The notes under the pieces are model-generated. The model was not told the DNA's origin and did not search any database. It was given only the letters and a program-made list of their open reading frames with translations. From contig NIVC01001526.1 of the NCBI GenBank assembly GCA_002269645.1, forward strand, positions 186,001-250,000: 64,000 bases of DNA. Reading direction: 5' to 3'. Below are positions 57,141-64,000 of this stretch, piece by piece (within the stretch, counting starts at the first letter, position 1; each line of letters opens with the position of its first letter). This DNA is from Macrostomum lignano. Lineage: Eukaryota. The position numbers and the translations under genes are program-made.

Positions 57141-60100
57141 TTCTGTCTGTCTGTCTGTCTGTCGGCCTGTCTGTCGGCCAGTCTGTCTGTCTGTCTTTCT
57201 GTCTGTCTGCCTTAGTGTCTGTGTGTGTGTCTGTGTGTGTGTGTCTGCCTGTCTGTCTTTTTGTCTACTCAGTTTGTCGGTTCGTGTTGCCATTTTAATG
57301 TCTTAAGTCTGTCTCAGCCATATTATCCGCCAATCTACAAGCCAGCCTCTCCCAATAGCAATCTCACTATATCCATAGTGGTCTCTCTTCACCCGTTGGC
57401 AGTGTTAACTGTCTCTACAGTCAAGCTCTTGAGCACTTTACTGTCGCTCACTGAGTTGTAACCGGAGCTCCTCTTCAACCAAGGCCCCTTAGTCTGTCCT
57501 GCTCAATTAGTGCAAAGCGCCACCCCGGATGCCCATAGATATATTTGATAACAGCTCTTGCCTATCGAGATATCTATCTACGGTTACGGTGTAGTAAGAT
57601 GCACTGAAACGACTGAAACAAAATGCAAGGCATATAGTATTGGTTTTGTCAGCCTAACTGAGAATAAAGCCATCCAAAGTGAGAATCCTGCCTACGCTGA
57701 CTGCGAAGGGCCTGGCTGCGTGCAGCCTTAGTCTATGGGCCATAGACTATAAAGGACAAGCAAAGTGATAAAAAGCCATCCAATGTGAGAATCCTGCCTA
57801 CGCTGAATACGAAGGGCCTAGCTGCGTCCAGCCTAGTCTATGAGCCATAGACTATAAAGGACAAGCAAAGTTTTAAAAAGAAATCATCCAGTGTGTTCCT
57901 GTTTCCGTTATTCCGTTCAAGCTATTGGCTAGTCATATGGCTCAGAAGGTATAAAAATAAAAGAATACGACGCATAGACCAATCGGTTCTCACTTTGGAT
58001 GGCTTTATTCTCAGTTAGGCTGACAAAAGCAATACTGCTTACTGTCTGTGTGTGTGTTGTGTGTGTGTCTTATTAGGGCCAGTTGAAAATGCCGTGTCTT
58101 TGCCAATCGATTTCTAGCTGTTCCACTCATCTTCGGGTGTGTGTTTTTTTACACACGAAGCTTCTGTACTTTTATAGTCGTTATTAAATATAGTATTATG
58201 GGTTAGCGGCTTAGTATAATTTCCATGTTATTTATTTTTGTATCTAATTATAATTATGAGACTTTCATTGACCGGCTCTACGCTCGTCTGTCTATTCGCT
58301 CTACTCGTTTTTTAAGGGCCTTGGTTGCTAGATGGCATGCAGCCTATGTAATTAACTAATCTGCTGTATATCCCTTAGTCTTGAAGCTCACATTATACTC
58401 GTAGAAATGATGCAAGCTTTCATAGGATTCTCGATCAAAGTCTTCCTTATAAGTACCCAAGCTGTGATGGAAATTTACTCCAATCTGTGATAGAATGTTT
58501 TTTTCCAATTACAATAAATTATTTACAAGTTTCAAATAGAATTCCCCAGATTTACAGTAGAATTTCCCAGTTTTAAGTAGAATTCCCCAAGTTTCAATAG
58601 AATTCCTCAATTTTCCGTAGAATTCTCTAATTTTTAGTAAAATTCCCAAACTTTAAGTAGAGATCCCTAATTTTTAATAGAATTCCCCAAGTTTCTATAG
58701 AATTCCCCAGCTTCTAAATGGATTCTTAACTCTACCCGAGTTCACTGGTAATGGCATCCTTCTTTCCCTGATAACTATATGTAAGTATTAAGGAAGCATT
58801 TGTGTGTGTGGGGGGATTTCTCGTTTTGCAGATATCGCTGCTAGGGAGGGGGAGCAAGGGGATATGGGATCTATGAGCCCCCCGGGAGGGGGGGGGGTTA
58901 AGGCGCTGCGCCACTCTATTTCCCATATTTTTCGCTTTCTCGCCTTCCTGGGAGATTTTTATAGAAAGGCTTATAGCTATATATATATTATATGCCTGTA
59001 TTGATGGAGAGGCGGGCGATGGGGTGGGGGAGGCTGCAACTGCAGCTGCTGCTGCTGCATCGAACAATTTAGCGTCATGCTGTGTGGATACAGTATGTGC
59101 GCGCCGCTTGCTGATCGAGAGAAAGACGAGAGAAGTTAACATCTATTCTAGACAAACGGATCTAGATAGACTGACTGACTGACTGAGACGGCACAAGTCA
59201 GACAGACAGCTCCGCCATTTACCCCGGGGGAACTATTATGATCTGTCTAAATAACTCGCCCCTGATGCCTTTGCCTGGCCTGCAAGTATAAGTAGAGAGC
59301 AAAAAAAATGAGGATGTTTCTCTTCTTATTAGCTTTTAAAATCCCAAGAGAGTTGGTTGCTGATGAGAGAGGGAGACAGTGCCTGACTGTAATGAGTGAA
59401 AGACAAACTTTACTGCAGAGTGATGAGCTTGCTGTTTTGGAATGAGGCAGTACGGATCCTCCGTCTTACACTGCGCATTTTGGTCAATTTGGCGCTTGTG
59501 ACAGACAGTTTGGCGCCTTAGTGACAATTTGTCGGCGCCTTGTGGAAAATTTGTTGGCACCTTAGTGGACAATTTTTCGGCGCCTTAGCGGACAATTTGG
59601 CGGCGCCTTAGTCGACAATTTGTTGGCGTCTTAGAGGACAATTTGGCACCTTAGTAGACAATCTGTTAGCGCCTTAGTGGACAATTTAGCGCCTTAGTGG
59701 ACAATCTCTTAGCGCCTTAGTGGACAATTTAGCGCCTTAGTGGACGATTTAGCACCTTAGTGAACAATTTAGCGCCTTAGTGGACAATTTAGCGCCTTAG
59801 TGGACAATTTAGCGCCTTAGTGGAGAATTTAGCGCCTTAGTAAACAATTTGGCGCCTTAGTGGACAATTTGGCGCCTTAGTGGACAATTTGGCGCCTTAA
59901 TGGACAATTTGGCGCCTTAGTGGACAATTTAGCGCCTTGGTGGACAATTTGACGCTTTAGTGTACAAATGTATCGCATTGGCACCCTGACAGTGTCTTAT
60001 GCTTTTTTTACATTTTTTATCTTCTAGAAGCAGCCGGGCAAGCAATCCAGCTTGGCTTCAACTCTGCGACGCGGTTTTCACTCGGGAGCCGCCGCCTCGT

Positions 60101-60222
60101 CCGCTTCGCCTCACCAGGGCCGCAGCCGCCACTTCAGCGGCCAACCGACGGCGTCTCTGGAGCGCTCGGCGTCCGTCCGAGGGCGCGGGCACGGCGCCGC
60201 TCCGATGATGTTGATGGGCGGC

Positions 60223-60264
<42 letters not shown>

Positions 60265-63200
60265 ACGACGGCCGCGGCGCTGTTGGATCCACAGGACAGC
60301 GGCCCGATGCTTGACCTGACTCACATTGTACCGCCTCCGCCTCCGCCCGCGTCAATGAACCAGAGTCTGACTGCCACTGGTGAGGCTGATGGAGAGGGAT
60401 CTGGGAGATTTGGGATGACTATAAGGGGATTCGGGAGATTTCGGATGACTATAAGGGGATTCGGGAGATTTCGGATGACTATAAGGGGATCTGGGAGATT
60501 TGGGATGACTATAAGGGGATCTGGGAGATTTGGGATGACTATAAGGGGATCTGGGAGATTTGGGATGACTATAAGGGGATTCGGGAGATTTCGGATGACT
60601 ATAAGGGGATTCGGGAGATTTCGGATGACTAGAAGGGGATCTGGGAGATTTGGGATGGCTAGGAGGGGATCTGGGAGATTTCGGATGGCTATAAGGGGAT
60701 CTGGGAGATTTGGGATGACTAGAAGGGGATTCGGGAGATTTGGGATGACTAGGAGGGGATTCGGGAGATTCGGGATGACTAGGAGGGGATTCGGGAGATT
60801 TGGATGGCTAGGAGGGGATCTGGGAGATTTAGGATGACTAGAAGGGAATGTGGGAGATTTGGGATGACTAGAAGGGAATCTGGGAGATTTGGGATGACGA
60901 AGGGAATCTGGGAGATTTGGATGGCTAGGAGGGGATCTGGGAGATTTGGGATGACTAGAAGGGAATCTGGGAGATTTGGGATGACTAGAAGGGAATCTGG
61001 GAGATTTGGGATGACTAGAAGGGAATCTGGGAGATTTGGGATGACTAGAAGGGAATCTGGGAGATTTGGGATGACTAGAAGGGAATCTGGGAGATTTGGG
61101 ATGACTATGAAGGGATCTGGGAGATTTGGATGGCTAGGAGGGGATCTGGGAGATTCGGGATAACTATGAGTTATGAGGTACTCTATCCATCCCGCAGCTA
61201 AAATGCACTATTTACTGTCAATCGCCCTGTCCCAAAGGGCTAATGAAGCGGTGCACAGTCTCAAAAAAGTGATTTGTTAGCCCCATGGCTGCGGTTGTGG
61301 CAGTGTCGCTCAGAGTTGCAGTAAATTGAATTTCTCCGAATTCCTCTCTCACCCCCTGTCTCTCCTTGATTTCATTACGAATGCTTGACTTTGCTGGGCG
61401 TTTGCTTTTATAGTTTTGGGTGAAAATTGAGAACTATCCATATGCATTATATATATATATATGCATGCATAGTCTAAGACTGTGCTCTAATGCAATCCAA
61501 GTACTGTCAATAATAAAGTGCAGATATAGACTGATGCACCCTCTCCTATTTTCCTTAGTTACATCAGATTTTCTAAGTTTAAAACTAGTCCTCTGACACC
61601 CTACCTGGAATCGAACCCGGGTCCTCTGACACCCTACCTGGAATCGAACCCGGGCCCTCTGACACCCTACCTGGAATCGAACCCGGGCCCTCTGACACCA
61701 TACCTGGAATCAAACCCGGGCCCTCTGACACCCTACATGGAATCAAACCCGGGCCCTCTGACACCCTACCCGGAATCAAACCTGGGTCCTCTTACGCCAT
61801 ATCTGGTATCGAGCCCGGGTCCTTCGAAATTAACGAGGAATCGAACCCGGGGCCTCCCCCCCACAACCACCCGCAGGAGGCAGCCTGGGCAGACCCGGCA
61901 AGCTCACCCAGCTGTCGCACAGTCTGCAGCATGTTGACGGTGGGACTTCAGCAATGCCATCAATTGCTGCTACAGCTGCTTCTGTTAGTATTGCGCCTTT
62001 TTCTGCGGCTTCAATAGCTCAGCCAATGATGTCGGATGGGCTGGCTATGCAAGCAGTGCAGCATCAGCAGCACCAGCAGCAGCAAGGGATTAACGCGTGG
62101 GCTCCAGCAAGTCTCGCTACTGGTGCACTGACTGTGACTACGAATGCCTTTGTGTCTGGGCAGCAGCAACAACAACAGCAGCAACAGCGATTGGATGACG
62201 AACATCGGTTAATTGCCAGGTAGGGGGTCAAAAATTACTCTCTTCTTGACCGTGTTTCTTGAAGACCAACCTGAGTCTCTTTTTGAAGGTTTAATATCGA
62301 CAAAAAGTAATGTTTTTTTTAAATAGAGCAAGTCGTTTCTTTTTTTATAAAAATTTCGTTGTTTCAAAAACAGCTACAATATTATTAGAAAGTTTTGTAC
62401 TAAAAATGTTCTTAAAAATGGAGTTAATTTTAAGAACTAAGCTTTATTCTTAGAAAACAGATGTCATTCCTAGAAATAGACGTCGTTTCTAAAAACAGAC
62501 GTAATTCTTAGAAAATAGACATCATTCTTAGAAGCAGACGTGATTCTTAGAAACAGGTGATTCTTAGAAAATAGACGTCACTCATAGAAACAGACGTCAT
62601 TCTTAGAAACAGGCGTCATTCTTAGAAACAGGCGTCATTCTTAGAAACAGGCGTCGTTCTTAGAAACAGGCGTCATTCTTAGAAACAGGCGTCATTCTTA
62701 GAAACAAGCGTCATTCTTAGAAACAGGCGTCATTCTTAGAAACAGACATGATTCTTAGAAAAAAGACGTCACTCATAGAAACAGACGTCATTCTTAGAAA
62801 CATACGTAATTCTTGGACTAGACGTAATTCTTATAAACAGACGTGATTCTTAGAAACAGACGTGATTCTTAGAAACAGACGTAATTATTATAAACAGACG
62901 TGATTCTTAGAAACAGACGTGATTCTTAGAAACAGACGTGATTCTTAGAAACAGACGTGATTCTTAGAAACAGACGTGATTCTTAGAAACAGACGCCATT
63001 CTTAGAAATAGACGCCATTCTTAGAAATAGACGCCATTCTTAGAAAACAGACGTTCTTTTCTGATGAAGCCCCCTCGGCGCCAACCCTCAAGGTACGCGG
63101 CCGCTCTACAATTAAATGGCGCAGCCGGCGCCAATTCCGGCGCTTTTCCAGTCGGCGCCATTGGCGGCGATGGCGGCGCGGCCGCTTTAGCCGCTTCGGC

Positions 63201-63560
63201 TGCCGATCTGGCGCAGGCGCGAGCTCAGGAGCGCAAAATTCGCGACTTGGAACGTCAAAACGAACGCATGCTTGCAGAGATTGAACAGTTAAAATTGCAG
63301 TCGGCTCAGCTGCGGGAACAGCAGAGTCACAGCCAGGATCAGCTGATCATAAATCAGAACAGCCTCCTTGGCGAGTTGCGACATCTCAGACAGCGCAAAG
63401 ATCAACTTGAGGACAGGATGGGCCGTCTGCAGGAGTCCAGGCGAGATCTTATGCAGCAGCTTGAACAGCTGATGGCCAGACTGTCTATGGCCGATACCTA
63501 TTATCGGGCTCAGTCTGCCGCGGCCGCCTCGCGTTCGGTGCCAGCAGCTCTGCCAAACAT

Positions 63561-63592
<32 letters not shown>

Positions 63593-63819
63593 CACAATAT
63601 CCTCATTATTATGCCCAGCAACAGCAGCAGCAGCATCCTTACCATAGTTTGCAAATTATGCATCATCAACATCATCAGCAACATCAGCAACAACAGCAAC
63701 AACAGCATCAACAGCAAGACCCAGTGCGGCATCTGTTCCATGCCGCGGACGATGTGTCCACTGCGATTGGTGGCCTAGTTGAAGAATTACAACAGCTACA
63801 GTATTCTACTGTGGATTGA
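53061..63819 (+). CDS. Dyb: Dystrobrevin. Exons 53061-53106, 53203-54029, (56706-56999 optional), 60028-60379, 61877-62219, 63093-63819
   Basis: [19 protein letters not shown] (EF-hand region), ZZ finger HPVRCSVC...GFRYKCQQC...LCQECFW...[32 protein letters not shown], coiled coil [16 protein letters not shown]...[15 protein letters not shown], and [19 protein letters not shown]. Phases are consistent. Confidence 0.92.
54400..55280. repeat. ~25-bp minisatellite (cccccacccatatcgatcgcagcaa)
   Basis: Direct repeats in dystrobrevin intron 2. Confidence 0.93.
56028..56117. repeat. (GACT)n microsatellite
   Basis: Read directly. Confidence 0.95.
57012..57262. repeat. Imperfect (CTGT)n/(GT)n microsatellite
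   Basis: Read directly; starts just after the donor at 57000. Confidence 0.9.
57636..58036. mobile_element. 401-bp MITE-like element with 50-bp TIRs and an internal 105-bp duplication
   Basis: 57636-57685 and 57987-58036 are inverted repeats with 1 mismatch. No TSD seen. Confidence 0.7.
59500..59960. repeat. 20-bp minisatellite (gcgccttagtggacaattta)
   Basis: Direct repeats. Confidence 0.92.
60392..61165. repeat. 30-bp G-rich minisatellite (gggagatttgggatgactagaagggaatct)
   Basis: Direct repeats starting ~12 bp after the donor at 60380. Confidence 0.93.
61589..61850. repeat. 33-bp minisatellite (tcctctgacaccctacctggaatcgaacccggg) carrying a tRNA B box on the minus strand, ~8 copies
   Basis: Direct repeats; the reverse complement contains GGTTCGATTCC. 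Confidence 0.88.
62450..63055. repeat. 19-bp minisatellite (gattcttagaaacagacgt)
   Basis: Direct repeats in the last dystrobrevin intron. Confidence 0.93.
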
Positions 63820-63862
63820 GCTCTTTGTTATAGAGGGTATGCGCGTATTATACTACTGCTCT

Positions 63863-64000
63863 GGTGTCATAAAATATCCCCTTTATAGTATAATGGGATT
63901 ATAGTGTCATAAAGTATCCCTTTAAAATATAATGGGATTATAGTGTCATAAATTATCCCCTTTAAAGTATAATGGGATTATAGTGTCATAAAACATCCCC
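63863..64000. repeat. ~40-bp tandem repeat (gtgtcataaa.tatcccctttaaagtataatgggattata) running off the window
   Basis: gtgtcataaa at 63864, 63904, 63943 and 63983. Confidence 0.85.

Noticed and set aside
60380-61163. RGSGRFGMT-repeat (RG-rich) extension of the dystrobrevin exon
   Set aside because: A strong donor (g/gtgagg) at 60380 is in phase with the next exon; the repeat peptide is the intronic 30-bp array.

Overview
Eukaryotic (metazoan) genomic DNA: GT-AG introns packed with minisatellites, and GC-rich exons with poly-Gln/Ala/Gly runs. The style suggests a flatworm such as Macrostomum (inference only). Six spliced genes were reconstructed by hand with consistent splice phases: Exo70/EXOC7 (+, 5' part outside the window), an orphan ~640-aa protein with one ankyrin-like motif (+), SLC66A3/PQLC3 (-), GRAMD4 (+), PPM1D/Wip1 (-) and dystrobrevin (+). 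The standout is a 9.2-kb, apparently non-coding palindromic element (24880-34081). It has ~4.7-kb and ~4.45-kb near-identical inverted arms, a 48-bp imperfect-hairpin centre and a 6-bp target-site duplication (ATGCAA). Removing it restores a flanking minisatellite unit in register, so it looks like a true mobile insertion rather than a read artefact. One GRAMD4 intron holds an internally deleted Crypton-like tyrosine-recombinase element (TATGG...CCATA ends, a 10-6-10 inverted site) beside a truncated non-LTR retrotransposon. Also present: MITEs, a tRNA-derived SINE family and about 30 tandem arrays. All protein identities come from recalled family motifs; no database search was run.
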